DNA of 64,000 nt. It comes from an uncultured Gammaproteobacteria bacterium. GTDB lineage: Bacteria > Patescibacteriota > Microgenomatia > UBA8517. The stretch is taken from the NCBI GenBank assembly GCA_964617045.1, contig CAZTVZ010000001.1, forward strand, positions 136,763-200,762, read 5' to 3'. Made by a program: the position numbers and the translations under genes. Of the stretch, positions 1 through 10,817 are shown in pieces (position 1 is the stretch's first letter; each line of letters opens with the position of its first letter). The notes below the pieces were generated by a model. It was not told the origin of the DNA, ran no database searches, and was given only the letters and a program-made list of their open reading frames with translations.

Positions 1-512
1 AACATGTATTCGTAATGTTCGTAATTTCTTTGGGCGTCACTAATAAGAAGTTGCCTTATAAATTCCGCTTGATCTTGATTAAATTCATTCACCCTTCCTT
101 GATTGTTAACTTTAGATTGGACACCCATTTCTTCAGCCGAAGGAACATAAAATTCTTTATCCAAAATAGAATATCTTGCGGACATTTCGTTCAAACTGGC
201 GGTTCTATGGCGAATCCATTGCCTTGCAACAAATATCGGCATTTTTGCATGAAACTTAAATTCAACCATTTCAAAAGGACTTGTATGGTCATGGCTTAAA
301 AGATGTTTGATCAAATCCGAATCTTCCCTGATTGTCCTTGTTCCTTTTCCATATGAAGTTCTTGCCGCTCGCGCGATTTCGGAGTCGGATCCCATGTAAT
401 CCACCAAATAAATAAATCCGTGATCAAGTACCGGAAATTCCTTCCCCATCATTTCTTCGGCTCCGGGATTAACCGGTCTTTTGGTATATTCTTGTGTAAA
501 TTCGGGGCTCAT
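1..512 (-). CDS. thyX: Flavin-dependent thymidylate synthase ThyX, C-terminally truncated by the window edge (start ATG at 512-510)
   Basis: Manual reverse-strand translation gives MSPEFTQEYTKRPVNPGAEEMMGKEFPVLDHGFIYLVDYMGSDSEIARAARTSYGKGTRT...ARQWIRHRTASLNEMSARY, which carries the ThyX RHRx7-8S signature. It is absent from the ORF track because it runs off the window. Confidence 0.8.
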   Translation of the reverse strand, partial: MSPEFTQEYTKRPVNPGAEEMMGKEFPVLDHGFIYLVDYMGSDSEIARAARTSYGKGTRTIREDSDLIKHLLSHDHTSPFEMVEFKFHAKMPIFVARQWIRHRTASLNEMSARYSILDKEFYVPSAEEMGVQSKVNNQGRVNEFNQDQAEFIRQLLISDAQRNYEHYEYM

Positions 513-562
513 GAAAGCTACAAGTTTTTATCAGTTATTGATCACCCATGTCAACGGGGAAA

Positions 563-2590
563 TTATTCTTTATCGTTTTGTTTTTGAAGTTTTGGATTTT
601 TCCAGCTTGCGTATTTGCACTCCGGATAGGCTGAACATCCGTAGAATTTTTTGCCTCTCCCTGTTTTTCTCACAATTACATCTCCTTTTCCACATTCGGG
701 GCATTTAATACCAACCTTTTCCATATATTTTTCGGTGTACTTGCATTCGGGAAAACGTTCGCAAGATATAAATTTTCCGAATCTTCCCAATCTTATTACC
801 AACTCACCTTCTTTACATTCCGGACATTTTCTTCCGAGTTTTTCGGTTTCGATTTTTACCCTTTCACTTTTTTCTCCCACATGTTCAAGTGTTTTCTCAA
901 AGGGCATATAGAAATCCTTAATTGCTTTGTTCCATTTAAGTTTTCCGTTGGCGACGGAATCAAGTTCATCCTCCATTTTGGCGGTAAAGGGATAATCGAT
1001 AATGTCATCAAAGTTTTTGTTTAAAAATTCATCAACTGCTTTACCCACAGATGTGGGTAAAAACTTCCCTTCCTGTTTTTCAACATAATTTCTTATTTGT
1101 ATTGTGGAAATAATCGGAGCATATGTTGAAGGCCTTCCTATTCCAAGTTTCTCAAGCATTTTGATAAGAGATGCTTCGTTATACCTGGCAGGCGGTTCTG
1201 TGAATAGTTGATTCGCGATAATCTCCAACAGCTTTAATTTTTCATTATTTTCTATTTCGGGAATTTTTTCGTATTCACCTTCAGGATCTTGTTTTGCGGG
1301 AATCAATGTTCTCCACCCGTTGAATTTGATAATTTGTCCTCGTTTGACAAGAAGATATTCTTTTTTTCCATTGGCAGTAATACTAACCGTTGTTTCGTCA
1401 TATATTGCGGGTGACATTTGCGAAGATACAAATCTTTTCCAAATAAGACCGAATAGGATCGATTCGTCTTTGCCGAATTTGGTTTCCTTTTCTTCAACCT
1501 TTGCATTTAGGTCTGTTGGTCTTATTGCTTCGTGTGCTTCTTGCGCAACTTTGGATGTTTTTTTATAAAAGTTGGGTTTTTCGGGAAGATATTCTTTTCC
1601 GTAATTTGTCTCAATATATTTTCTTACTTTTGTAATTGCTTGGGCGGAAATGTTTGTCGAATCAGTTCTGTGATACGTAATTAATCCTTGTTCATACAGT
1701 TTTTGAGCAACCGACATTGTTCTTTTGGCAGACCATCCGTAAATTCTTGCCGCTGCTTGTGACATCGTTGATGTTGTAAACGGAGCATATGGTCTTTTTA
1801 CAACTTCTTTTTTCTCAATACCCGTTACTACATAGTCGGATTTTTCAAGGTCGTTTTTAATTACTTCCGAATCTTTGGCGTTATCAGAAGAAAACTTTTT
1901 ACCTTCAACTTTCGAAAGTTCCGCAAGTAGTTCACCTTTTTTCGCTTGTAGTTTGGCGAATATTTTCCAATATTCAACCGGCTTGAAAGCTTCGATCTCT
2001 TTTTCTCTTTCAACAATTAATTTAACTGCTACTGATTGAACTCGTCCGGCAGACAAACCCCTTCTTACTTTTCTCCACAAAAGAGGTGACAGCTTGTATC
2101 CAACCAATCTATCGAGGACTCTTCTTGCCGTTTGCGCATCAACCAAATCTTTGTCAATTTCGGAAGGGTTATCAATTGCTTCTTCGACAGCCTCTTTAGT
2201 TATTTCGTGGAATGTTATTCGTTTTGATTTTTTCTTATCAGTTATTTCGGAGACATGCATCGCGATTGCTTCACCTTCACGATCAGGATCTGTTGCAATA
2301 TAGATATTGTCTGCTTTTTTGGACATTTTTCCGATTTCTTTTACATTGTCTGCTCTTTTCGGAACTTCTACATACTGGGGCTCGAAATCTTTTTCAATAT
2401 CAATTCCCAAGTTATTCTTGGGTAAATCCTTGATATGTCCGTATGTGGCTATTACGGAATAATCCTTGCCCAAAAATCTTTCCAGGGTTTTGGCTTTTGT
2501 CGGTGACTCTACAATAATTAATTTCATTTTTTTGTTTTTCGTCAGATGACGTGCTCTTTCCAAAGTAGTTATTCTAGCAACTCTTGTCAA
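563..2590 (-). CDS. topA: DNA topoisomerase I. The true start is probably the internal MKLIIVESPTKAK near 2527.
   Basis: N-terminal TOPRIM motif IVESPTKAKT. C-terminal tandem C4 zinc ribbons (CPECKEG, CPECGKG, CSAYPEC). 675 aa. Confidence 0.9.
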   Translation of the reverse strand: MTRVARITTLERARHLTKNKKMKLIIVESPTKAKTLERFLGKDYSVIATYGHIKDLPKNNLGIDIEKDFEPQYVEVPKRADNVKEIGKMSKKADNIYIATDPDREGEAIAMHVSEITDKKKSKRITFHEITKEAVEEAIDNPSEIDKDLVDAQTARRVLDRLVGYKLSPLLWRKVRRGLSAGRVQSVAVKLIVEREKEIEAFKPVEYWKIFAKLQAKKGELLAELSKVEGKKFSSDNAKDSEVIKNDLEKSDYVVTGIEKKEVVKRPYAPFTTSTMSQAAARIYGWSAKRTMSVAQKLYEQGLITYHRTDSTNISAQAITKVRKYIETNYGKEYLPEKPNFYKKTSKVAQEAHEAIRPTDLNAKVEEKETKFGKDESILFGLIWKRFVSSQMSPAIYDETTVSITANGKKEYLLVKRGQIIKFNGWRTLIPAKQDPEGEYEKIPEIENNEKLKLLEIIANQLFTEPPARYNEASLIKMLEKLGIGRPSTYAPIISTIQIRNYVEKQEGKFLPTSVGKAVDEFLNKNFDDIIDYPFTAKMEDELDSVANGKLKWNKAIKDFYMPFEKTLEHVGEKSERVKIETEKLGRKCPECKEGELVIRLGRFGKFISCERFPECKYTEKYMEKVGIKCPECGKGDVIVRKTGRGKKFYGCSAYPECKYASWKNPKLQKQNDKE

Positions 2591-2591
2591 A

Positions 2592-3458
2592 TCATAGCCT
2601 TAAATCGTCAAGTATGTCTTTAGGGTTCAGTGCAATTTTTGCACCATTTTCTATTAACATATGGGTAACAAAAGATCCCGGATCAGTAATCTTTCCCGGG
2701 ATGGCGTAAACGGTTTTACCCTGATTTGCTGCATATGAAGAAGTTGTTAATGTTCCACTATTTTTTCTTCCTTCAACAACAAGCAATACTTTGGAAAATC
2801 CCGTTATGATTCTGTTTCTTTCGATAAAATTACCTGGCAAAGGTGGTGTACCCAAAGGATATTCTGTAATTGCCGCACCATTTTGAATGATTTTATTAAA
2901 CAAACCGTAGTTTTCGGAAGGATATATTCTGTCTAATCCCGATCCTAATATTGCTATCGTCCTACCTTTTCTTAACAGGGTTGTCTTGTGGGCGATCGAA
3001 TCAATTCCTCTGGCCATACCGGAAACAATGGTAACTCCATGATCGGCTAAATATTTGGAAAACATTACTGCCACTTCCTTGCCGTAATCTGAATTATTTC
3101 TCGATCCAACAATTGAAACCGATTCGCTATCTTTACTAAGAATATTTCCGATCATATACAGACATATTGGAGCACAATCAATTTCTTTTAAATTAATGGG
3201 GTAATTTTTATCAATAATTGTGATTATTTTTATTTCCCTGTTTCGATTATCCGAAATGTATTCAGTGAAATTAAATATATTTCGAAAAGTCAAAAATTGA
3301 TTTACAAGTTTTCGATTGACTCCGATTTTTATTAGTTCCGACTCGTCCGAATACCATATTTTTTTGTATGAAGAATAATAATCGAACAAAATTTTTAGTC
3401 TCGTAACGCCAAATCCGTTGAATGCGGATAAGGAAATCAGGCAGTCTCTTTCTTTCAT
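2592..3458 (-). CDS. dprA: DNA processing protein DprA/Smf
   Basis: Rossmann-like DprA core: VSGMARGIDSIAH, ILGSGLDRIYP, LGTPPLPGNFIERNRIITGFS. The dprA-topA adjacency is a conserved arrangement. Confidence 0.85.
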   Translation of the reverse strand: MKERDCLISLSAFNGFGVTRLKILFDYYSSYKKIWYSDESELIKIGVNRKLVNQFLTFRNIFNFTEYISDNRNREIKIITIIDKNYPINLKEIDCAPICLYMIGNILSKDSESVSIVGSRNNSDYGKEVAVMFSKYLADHGVTIVSGMARGIDSIAHKTTLLRKGRTIAILGSGLDRIYPSENYGLFNKIIQNGAAITEYPLGTPPLPGNFIERNRIITGFSKVLLVVEGRKNSGTLTTSSYAANQGKTVYAIPGKITDPGSFVTHMLIENGAKIALNPKDILDDLRL

Positions 3459-5059
3459 GGATTAAATTGATAATCGAATATTTTTCTGGCAATAGGTCCC
3501 GCAACTTTTGAACCTTCTCCTCCACCTTCCACCAAAACTGTCATCACCATTTCCGGTTTTTCAGCAGGAGCAAAAACCGTAAACCATGCGTGAGTTTTTC
3601 CGTCGGTGTTTGTTTCTGCCGTTCCAGTTTTACAAGCAACCTGAGGAAGAAAATCAAAAAACGTATAACCAGTTCCTCCGGTTGTACATGTTTTAACCAT
3701 TCCTGATATTACCGTGTCTATGTGTTTGCTGTTTATGTTTAATTTTTGACAATTTCCGCTTCCGAATATTTTCGGGCTGCAATATTCACCCCCCGAAGCA
3801 ATTGTTGTTGTAATTGTGTTCACGGCTACGGGAGATAGTCCCAAATACCCCTGTCCGATTGAAAGGTGATATGTGTTTCCCAAGTACCATGATTCTCCAA
3901 TTGTTTTTTTCTTCCAGTCGGGAGTTGGAACCAATCCTGCAATTTCACCCGGGATATCAATTCCGGTATTTTTATCCAATTTAAATTTCTCTGCCCAATC
4001 ATCAATCTTTTTTATCCCCATAAGTTCTCCTATTTTATAAAAGAAAGTGTCCGTAGACCTGGCCAAAGCTTTTTCTACATTGATTTCCCCTTCGGTACTT
4101 CCATATTGCGTGTAATACCAATTGGTATACGAATATTCGTTTACGTTAATATATCCGACATCGTTATATAACCAATCCTTATCAATTACCCCTTCTGATA
4201 ATGCGGCAAGGGCAATAAGTGGTTTAAAAACAGAGCCGGGATGATATTGACCACCGATTGTTCGATTAAATAACGGAAGATTTTCATCGGTTAAATACTT
4301 ACCGATTTCTTTATCTTTGTTCTTCCCTACAAATATATTTGGGTCAAAAGAAGGAGAGCTGGCAAGAGCCAGCACTTGACCTTTCAGGTCGGTAATTACA
4401 ACTGCCGCTTTTTCTCCACCAAGTGAGTCGAAAGCCCTAACCTGCAATCCGTATGAAATATTTGTTTTAATATCCTTTCCCGGGACAGGCTCTCTACGTC
4501 CAATTGTTCGGATTTTTTCACCAAATGTATCAACCTCAACCAGTTCCTCTCCGTCAATTCCTCTTAAATCGCATTCGTATTGGCTTTCAAGTCCGGTCCT
4601 TCCGATCGAATCTCCAGATCTGTAAATTCCTTTTTCTGGACATTTAGGATTAACTTTCCCGACTTCGTTCTCGTTAACTTCACCAATATATCCTCCAGTA
4701 TGGGCAAACTTTTCTCCCAAAACATAAAATCTTGAGTACTCTTTTACTATTTCGCTTTCGGAGGCATCTTTGATCTCGTCGGTTTTTTTAAATCCTTCTT
4801 TTGGATCTATTACAATTCTTTTTTTAGTTTCGATATTGTCAATTAGAATTTCTCCGCCTCTTGCCAACACTTTTCCACGAGCAGCTTTAATGGGAATTCT
4901 TCTAATCCTGTTTCCTTCTGCTGCCGCTTTATAATAATCACCTTTGATAATTTGAAGTTCCAATAATCTTCCCGCCAAAAGAAGGAAGGCGAGAATTAGT
5001 ATCCCTCTCACAAACCATACTAACCAGCTTTGTGTTCTGGTGGAGGCAAGTGTTTCCAT
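3455..5059 (-). CDS. mrdA: Penicillin-binding protein 2 family transpeptidase
   Basis: N-terminal membrane anchor. SxxK motif (GSVFKP) and KTGTAE motif. Located just downstream of mreB. Confidence 0.85.
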   Translation of the reverse strand: METLASTRTQSWLVWFVRGILILAFLLLAGRLLELQIIKGDYYKAAAEGNRIRRIPIKAARGKVLARGGEILIDNIETKKRIVIDPKEGFKKTDEIKDASESEIVKEYSRFYVLGEKFAHTGGYIGEVNENEVGKVNPKCPEKGIYRSGDSIGRTGLESQYECDLRGIDGEELVEVDTFGEKIRTIGRREPVPGKDIKTNISYGLQVRAFDSLGGEKAAVVITDLKGQVLALASSPSFDPNIFVGKNKDKEIGKYLTDENLPLFNRTIGGQYHPGSVFKPLIALAALSEGVIDKDWLYNDVGYINVNEYSYTNWYYTQYGSTEGEINVEKALARSTDTFFYKIGELMGIKKIDDWAEKFKLDKNTGIDIPGEIAGLVPTPDWKKKTIGESWYLGNTYHLSIGQGYLGLSPVAVNTITTTIASGGEYCSPKIFGSGNCQKLNINSKHIDTVISGMVKTCTTGGTGYTFFDFLPQVACKTGTAETNTDGKTHAWFTVFAPAEKPEMVMTVLVEGGGEGSKVAGPIARKIFDYQFNP

Positions 5060-5060
5060 G

Positions 5061-6128
5061 TTATAAACCTTTGGTTACTCTTATTTTCGCAAGAAGTTGA
5101 GGATCTTCCAATACCCTCCCGCAACCTCTGGCAACACAAGTTAAAGGATCATCGGCAACCCATACAGGCATTTTTGTTGCATCTGATACTACTTTGTCGA
5201 TTCCCGGTATCATTGCTCCCCCTCCAGCAAGAGCAATACCTTTTTCCATTATGTCGGATATTAGCTCCGGAGGGGTTTCTTCCAACGTCTCCGCTATCGC
5301 CGTTATTATTTCTTGAATCATCGGAGCAAGCGCTTCCCTAATTTCACTGGATGCAAGTTTAACCGATTTGGGTAAACCAGATTCCAAATCCCTTCCCCTG
5401 ATAACAGCAAATTTATCCTTTCCCTCAAGACATGATCCAATATTAATTTTAACGTCTTCTGCGGTGGGCTGTCCCAATAATAATGAGTACTTCAATCTAA
5501 CGTAATTAATGATTGCATCATCCATCTCGTCTCCGGCAACTCTAATTGATCTGCCCAGGACAATACCCCCCAGAGATATAACGGCAATTTCCGACGTACC
5601 ACCACCAATGTCAACAATGAATAACCCTCCGGGGTCTTCGACGGGAAGTCCGGCCCCAATTGCTGCTGCCATAGGTTCTTCAATTAAATGTGCTTCTCTT
5701 GCTCCGGCGGCAATGGCTGCATCAGCAACCGCCCTTCTTTCTACCTCGGTAACACCGGAAGGAATACCAATAACGACCCTTGGTCTCGGAATTTTGGGAA
5801 TATTGCTACCCGTCTCGTGAACTTTTCTTATATAGTGAGTAAGCATAGCAGCTGTTGCATCAAAATCGGCAATAACCCCGTCTTTCAATGGTCTTATTGT
5901 CTCGATTGTACTCGGAGCCCTACCCATCATTTTTTTTGCAGAAGATCCGATTGCGAGAACTTCTTTGGATTTTTTATGCCTTGCGACAGCGGATGGTTCC
6001 CTTATTACTATTCCTTTTCCACGGACATGTACAAGCGTGTTTGCAGTACCAAGATCGATACCCACATCGTGAGAAAATAATCCGAGGAATTTATCTATTA
6101 AAAATAGTTTCATTTGATATCTCCGCAA
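5061..6128 (-). CDS. mreB: Rod shape-determining actin homologue MreB
   Basis: GIDLGTANTLV phosphate-1 motif. EEPMAAAIGAGLPV and VDIGGGTSEIAV motifs. Confidence 0.9.
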   Translation of the reverse strand: MRRYQMKLFLIDKFLGLFSHDVGIDLGTANTLVHVRGKGIVIREPSAVARHKKSKEVLAIGSSAKKMMGRAPSTIETIRPLKDGVIADFDATAAMLTHYIRKVHETGSNIPKIPRPRVVIGIPSGVTEVERRAVADAAIAAGAREAHLIEEPMAAAIGAGLPVEDPGGLFIVDIGGGTSEIAVISLGGIVLGRSIRVAGDEMDDAIINYVRLKYSLLLGQPTAEDVKINIGSCLEGKDKFAVIRGRDLESGLPKSVKLASSEIREALAPMIQEIITAIAETLEETPPELISDIMEKGIALAGGGAMIPGIDKVVSDATKMPVWVADDPLTCVARGCGRVLEDPQLLAKIRVTKGL

Positions 6129-6184
6129 GTATATTATTCAATATACACTTACGCAAAGAGCATTTTATATTAAAATAGTTAAAT

Positions 6185-8167
6185 ATGTATCATTTTTTCA
6201 ACAAACTTATAAACGTTCTTTTCAAAATTCTCCTTTTTACAATTCCTTTGGTACTCTGGATCTACAATTCCGAATTATTTGAATTCAACAAAACGGTTGT
6301 TTTATATGTTATGTCTCTTCTTATTTTTGGAGCATGGATCGCAAAAAGCATTGCAGTCAAAAAAATAATTTACAGAAAAAATATATTACTAATACCCGCC
6401 CTAATATTTTTGGCTTCACAAATAATATCAGCATTGGTATCGATTGATCCCCGTACTTCTTGGTTGGGATATTACTCTCGCTTCAACGGTGGCATCTCAA
6501 CAACGGTATGTTATTTGTTCCTGTTTTTCGCCTATATTTCGAATGTTGAAAAAGAAGAAAACAAAAAAAACATTAAATTTTTGCTTGCATCCGGATTATT
6601 GGTCTCAATTTACGGGATATTGCAAAAATTTGGAATTGATAAAGATGTGTGGGTTCAAGATGTTCAGGAAAGAATATTCTCGACACTGGGACAACCTAAC
6701 TGGTTGGGTACATGGATATCCATGTTAATTCCCCTGACTTATTTATTTTTTAGAAAAGGAAACAAAAAAACTGTATTTATTATTTCAACCATATTTTTTG
6801 CGACACTACTTTTTACTAAATCAAGATCGGCTCTTTTGGGATTTGGTTTAGCTTCGATTGTTCTTTCTCTATCCACATTTCTGGGTAAAGAGATCAAAAA
6901 TAACTTCACAAAACTTCTGGGGTTTTTTATTCCCTTTGTAATTCTAATAATAATCTTTGGAACACCGATTACTCCTTCGGTGTTTTCTTTAGGAAAACCT
7001 GCAGTAAATACTCCGAAAAATGTTCCCGTACTGGAAAGTGGCGGAACAGAATCGGGAGAAATAAGAAAAATTGTATGGCAGGGTGCTGTTGAAATTTGGA
7101 AACATTATCCGATTGTTGGTACCGGAGTGGAAACATTTGCTTATTCTTATTACAAATACCGACCCCTTGCCCATAATCTGGTTTCCGAATGGGACTTTTT
7201 ATACAACAAAGCACATAACGAATACCTCAATATCATGGCAAATACCGGAGCGTTGGGTTTAATTAGTTATTTGTTCTTTTTAGGCGCTTCACTTTACTTC
7301 ATGTATAGGTCAAAAAATGAAAATAAATGGATTTACATATCCGGATATGTATCCGTGCTGGTATCAAATGCATTTGGGTTTTCGGTTGTTCCCGTAAATT
7401 TAGTATTTTTCCTTCTTCCAGCATTCTGTTTAACCGAAGTATTTGAACAAAAAGAAATCAAAAAAGAATTTATGGTCGGATTAAATCTCAAAATGTTAGC
7501 AGTCGGCATATGGTTAATTGTTTTCGGATTATTATTCCTCGTTGTTAAATACTGGTATGCGGATACTTTGTATGCGATGGGGAAAAGCTATAACGATTCA
7601 AGCGATTTTATCCAAGGGCGAAAATATCTGATTAACGCCGTCAAACTATCACCGAATGAGGCAATCTATTGGAGCGAGCTTTCCCAGTCTTCAGCCGGAA
7701 TCGCTTCCAAGTTTCACGAAAGCAGTGAGGATCTGTCGGCAAGAGAAATTGCCGGATATTCGTTAAAGGAAATCGATATTGCCGAAAATTTATCTCCTCG
7801 TAATTTAAACATTCGAAGAGATAAATATTTTGTCCTTCTCAAACTTCTTCCTATCGACAACAACCTGCTCGAGATCATTAAAAACGACCTCCTTGATGCC
7901 ATTAATTTGGCCCCAACCGATGCTAAACTTTACTATTATCTTGCACTAACCTATATGCGTGCAGGAGAAGACCAAAAATCAATGGAGGTGTTAAAAAATA
8001 CCATTGAGCTTAAACCCAATTACAAAGATGCAAGGCTTGCATATGCAATTCTTCTTGGAGAAGCAGGAAAAAGGAAAGAGGCTGTCGAAGAGTTAAACTA
8101 CATCCTTAAAAATATTGACAGCAAAGACGAGTTTGTTAAGCAAGAACTTAACAAATATGCCAAATAA
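6185..8167 (+). CDS. Polytopic membrane protein with an O-antigen ligase/Wzy-like domain and C-terminal TPR repeats
   Basis: About 10 TM helices. NKAHNEYLNIMANTGALGL resembles the Wzy_C/O-antigen ligase motif. The C-terminal ~200 aa show a TPR-like periodicity (YYYLALTYMRAGEDQKSMEVL...). Confidence 0.55.
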   Translation: MYHFFNKLINVLFKILLFTIPLVLWIYNSELFEFNKTVVLYVMSLLIFGAWIAKSIAVKKIIYRKNILLIPALIFLASQIISALVSIDPRTSWLGYYSRFNGGISTTVCYLFLFFAYISNVEKEENKKNIKFLLASGLLVSIYGILQKFGIDKDVWVQDVQERIFSTLGQPNWLGTWISMLIPLTYLFFRKGNKKTVFIISTIFFATLLFTKSRSALLGFGLASIVLSLSTFLGKEIKNNFTKLLGFFIPFVILIIIFGTPITPSVFSLGKPAVNTPKNVPVLESGGTESGEIRKIVWQGAVEIWKHYPIVGTGVETFAYSYYKYRPLAHNLVSEWDFLYNKAHNEYLNIMANTGALGLISYLFFLGASLYFMYRSKNENKWIYISGYVSVLVSNAFGFSVVPVNLVFFLLPAFCLTEVFEQKEIKKEFMVGLNLKMLAVGIWLIVFGLLFLVVKYWYADTLYAMGKSYNDSSDFIQGRKYLINAVKLSPNEAIYWSELSQSSAGIASKFHESSEDLSAREIAGYSLKEIDIAENLSPRNLNIRRDKYFVLLKLLPIDNNLLEIIKNDLLDAINLAPTDAKLYYYLALTYMRAGEDQKSMEVLKNTIELKPNYKDARLAYAILLGEAGKRKEAVEELNYILKNIDSKDEFVKQELNKYAK

Positions 8168-8192
8168 TAGGCTTAAATGATATAATAAGCTC

Positions 8193-8723
8193 ATGATTAG
8201 AAAAATCGTGAAGACGGGACATCCCGTACTTCGTAAAACAGCCAAACCGGTAAAAAGGATAGACAGAAAGGTTCTTCAATTGATTGAAGACTTGAAAGAC
8301 ACCCTAAAAACGCAAAAGGACCCAGAAGGGGTAGGTCTTGCGGCTTGCCAAATTGGTGAAAACATGCGGGTATTTGCCATGGTCAGGAGCGATAAGTCGA
8401 TCTTAATTGTTATTAATCCGGAAATTCTCTCTGTAAAAGAAATGACTCAAAAAGAAATTGAAAAAGAACCTTCTTTAATGGAAGGCTGTCTTTCTTTGCC
8501 GAATTACTACACTCCTCTTTCCAGATCCAAAGAGGTCAAGCTTAGATATATGACCGAAAAAGGAGAAACCAAAGAAGAAGTATTCAAAAATTTCGAAGCA
8601 CAAATTGTTCAGCATGAAGTTGACCACCTTGAAGGAATAATGTTTGTAGACAGGCTACTTGAACAGAAAAAAACACTTTACAAACTGGTCGGAAACGAAT
8701 GGGAAGAGGTAGAAATAATCTAA
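8193..8723 (+). CDS. def: Peptide deformylase
   Basis: Three PDF motifs: GVGLAACQIG, EGCLSLP, QHEVDHLEG. Confidence 0.9.
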   Translation: MIRKIVKTGHPVLRKTAKPVKRIDRKVLQLIEDLKDTLKTQKDPEGVGLAACQIGENMRVFAMVRSDKSILIVINPEILSVKEMTQKEIEKEPSLMEGCLSLPNYYTPLSRSKEVKLRYMTEKGETKEEVFKNFEAQIVQHEVDHLEGIMFVDRLLEQKKTLYKLVGNEWEEVEII

Positions 8724-8724
8724 T

Positions 8725-9660
8725 ATGTTAAAAATTGTCTTTTTTGGCACACCCGCGTATGTTTTGCCCGTTTTGGAGAAACTTAGTAGGGTGTTTAGGG
8801 AAAAAAACAAATCTCCGATAATGGCTGTTGTTACACAACCACCAAAACCTTCAGGCAGAAAACAAAGATTGGAGTATTCCGCTGTAGACAGATGGGCTCA
8901 CGACAGGAAAATTCCTGTATATTACGAACCTTTCAAAATCGCCAGAGACGGAATAGAAGCAGACATTGCAATATTGGCAGCATACGGAGCAATTATTTCC
9001 GATAAGGTAATAAACCACTTTCCCAAGGGAGTATTAAATATTCATCCTTCACTTCTTCCGAAATTTAGAGGGGCTTCCCCTGTCCAGGCACAAATAATTT
9101 CCACCCCGGAAAAAACCGGTGTCACAATTATCAAACTGGACGAGCTAATGGATCATGGAGATATTATTACTCAATTTGAAGAGGAAATTACTCCTGAAGA
9201 CACCACCGAAAGCTTGAGAACAAGATTGTTTGAAAAATCCGCCGACGTTTTGGTGGAAACAATGAAACCATACTTAACCGGTAAAATTAAACCCAAAGAG
9301 CAAAACCACAAAAACGCCACGTTTACCAGGCTTATTAAAAAAGAACACGGATTTGTTCCTTCCCATATTATCGCAGCTCTAATTAAAGGAGGCACATTGG
9401 AAGAAGATTGGGAAATTGGAATAATTAAAGATTATTGCGTTAAACCCTCTGCCGAAATACTGGAAAGAATGTTAAAAGCTCTTAGTCCGTGGCCCGGTTT
9501 ATGGTCCAAGTTTCGTGTTAACGGAAAAGAGAGAAGAATCAAACTTCTTGAGCTTCACAACGAAAAAGGCATACTGGTAATTGATCGTGTTCAGGTTGAA
9601 GCAAGAAATCCCGTAACTTGGAGTGAATTTTTACGAGGTTATCCGAAAGCCGAATTTTAA
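8725..9660 (+). CDS. fmt: Methionyl-tRNA formyltransferase
   Basis: N-terminal formyl-transferase fold (IVFFGTP; NIHPSLLPKFRG). Canonical def-fmt operon arrangement. Confidence 0.9.
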   Translation: MLKIVFFGTPAYVLPVLEKLSRVFREKNKSPIMAVVTQPPKPSGRKQRLEYSAVDRWAHDRKIPVYYEPFKIARDGIEADIAILAAYGAIISDKVINHFPKGVLNIHPSLLPKFRGASPVQAQIISTPEKTGVTIIKLDELMDHGDIITQFEEEITPEDTTESLRTRLFEKSADVLVETMKPYLTGKIKPKEQNHKNATFTRLIKKEHGFVPSHIIAALIKGGTLEEDWEIGIIKDYCVKPSAEILERMLKALSPWPGLWSKFRVNGKERRIKLLELHNEKGILVIDRVQVEARNPVTWSEFLRGYPKAEF

Positions 9661-9884
9661 TTCTTTGAGGCTTCTTTTTTGAATTTCTTTATACACTTTG
9701 TACAAAGCAAAATTGTCTCTTTGCTTCCGTTTTTCTCCATAGTAAATTTCTGAAGATTAGGTTTGAAATCACGTCCAGTAACAGTGGTTCTTGAATTCCA
9801 CCTTTTACCTGCAACACCTCTTTTGTGACGATGTTGTCTTCCGACTGTTTTTCCTTTTCCGCAGTATGCGCAAATGTATGCCAT
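9657..9884 (-). CDS. rpmB: 50S ribosomal protein L28 (zinc-ribbon type)
   Basis: MAYICAYCGKGKTVGRQHRHKRGVAGKRWNSRTTVTGRDFKPNLQKF matches the L28 family pattern. A second CxxC (CTKC) sits at the C-terminus. Confidence 0.75.
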   Translation of the reverse strand: MAYICAYCGKGKTVGRQHRHKRGVAGKRWNSRTTVTGRDFKPNLQKFTMEKNGSKETILLCTKCIKKFKKEASKN

Positions 9885-9955
9885 ATAATTTTCCCCAATC
9901 TTTTGTGCTTTGAGGTTAGCTATTATACAATTAACTCTACTATTTCGTAAAGCCC

Positions 9956-10606
9956 ATGACTATATTAATCTGGATTCTAGCTTTTGCAATTGCCATTACT
10001 GTCCATGAAGCGGCACACGCATGGATGAGTTTCCGTTTGGGTGACCCTACGGCAAAACTGGACGGCAGGCTCTCTCTTAACCCGATAAAACACTACGATC
10101 CGGTCGGAACCACCCTTCTTTTGGTAACCGCTATTATGAGGTCCTTTGGACTTCCAGTTATTCCTTTCGGTTGGGCCAAGCCTGTTGAATACGATCCGTA
10201 TAATCTGAAAAATCCCAGAAAAGACGCCGCATTGATTTCTCTTTCAGGCCCAATGGCCAACATTCTTGTTGCCATACTTTTGGCTGCTCTTACACGTATT
10301 TTCGGAGGTCCTTTCTCTCCTTACAATTTTGTCCTAAACATCGTATTCCCAATTATTCTTCTTAATGTATCACTGGCGATATTCAACCTTCTTCCTATTC
10401 ACCCTCTTGACGGGGGTAAAGTGTTGGTTGGGATTCTTCCCGAAGACACATATCACGAAGTTGACAGATTTTTGAGAAGATACGGAACGATTATTCTGTT
10501 GATGCTCATATTCCCCGTTTTCGGAGGAACATCACTATTATTTACAATCATCTCCCCAATACTTAATTTAATATTGAACCTCTTGTTACCCGGATATTTT
10601 GTTTGA
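9956..10606 (+). CDS. Site-2 protease family (M50-like) membrane zinc metalloprotease
   Basis: HExxH in the first TM segment (VHEAAHAW). Multiple TM helices. A conserved LDGG motif near the C-terminal half. Confidence 0.6.
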   Translation: MTILIWILAFAIAITVHEAAHAWMSFRLGDPTAKLDGRLSLNPIKHYDPVGTTLLLVTAIMRSFGLPVIPFGWAKPVEYDPYNLKNPRKDAALISLSGPMANILVAILLAALTRIFGGPFSPYNFVLNIVFPIILLNVSLAIFNLLPIHPLDGGKVLVGILPEDTYHEVDRFLRRYGTIILLMLIFPVFGGTSLLFTIISPILNLILNLLLPGYFV

Positions 10607-10817
10607 CAGATTGACTCCTATTGCTACAATGTAATTACCCTGATCGAAGGGAGCCGAGATAATCTTTCCTGATCAATAACTAATTTAGGGAAGGCGGAGT
10701 CTTTTAAGCCCTTTGGACTTAAAGGCAGCTTACCCACCTGGATTTTCCAGGAAAAATTAGTCCGGTTCTCCGAGACAGGGCTGACCTCGTACCCCTCCAA
10801 TTTGCGCGTATATTTGG

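Noticed and set aside
15-299. 94-aa plus-strand ORF at the window start
   Set aside because: It lies antisense to the ThyX coding sequence, which has a clear RHRx7S signature. There is no motif support.
3271-3525. 84-aa minus-strand ORF
   Set aside because: It lies within the dprA and PBP2 genes in another frame. Spurious.
10740-10800. RNase P RNA call based on the AGUCCGG...CAGGG P4-like motif
   Set aside because: Only about 60 nt lie between the motif and the tRNA-Thr start, and under 230 nt in the whole intergenic region. That is too little for RNase P RNA on either strand. It is kept only as a low-interest structured-RNA note.
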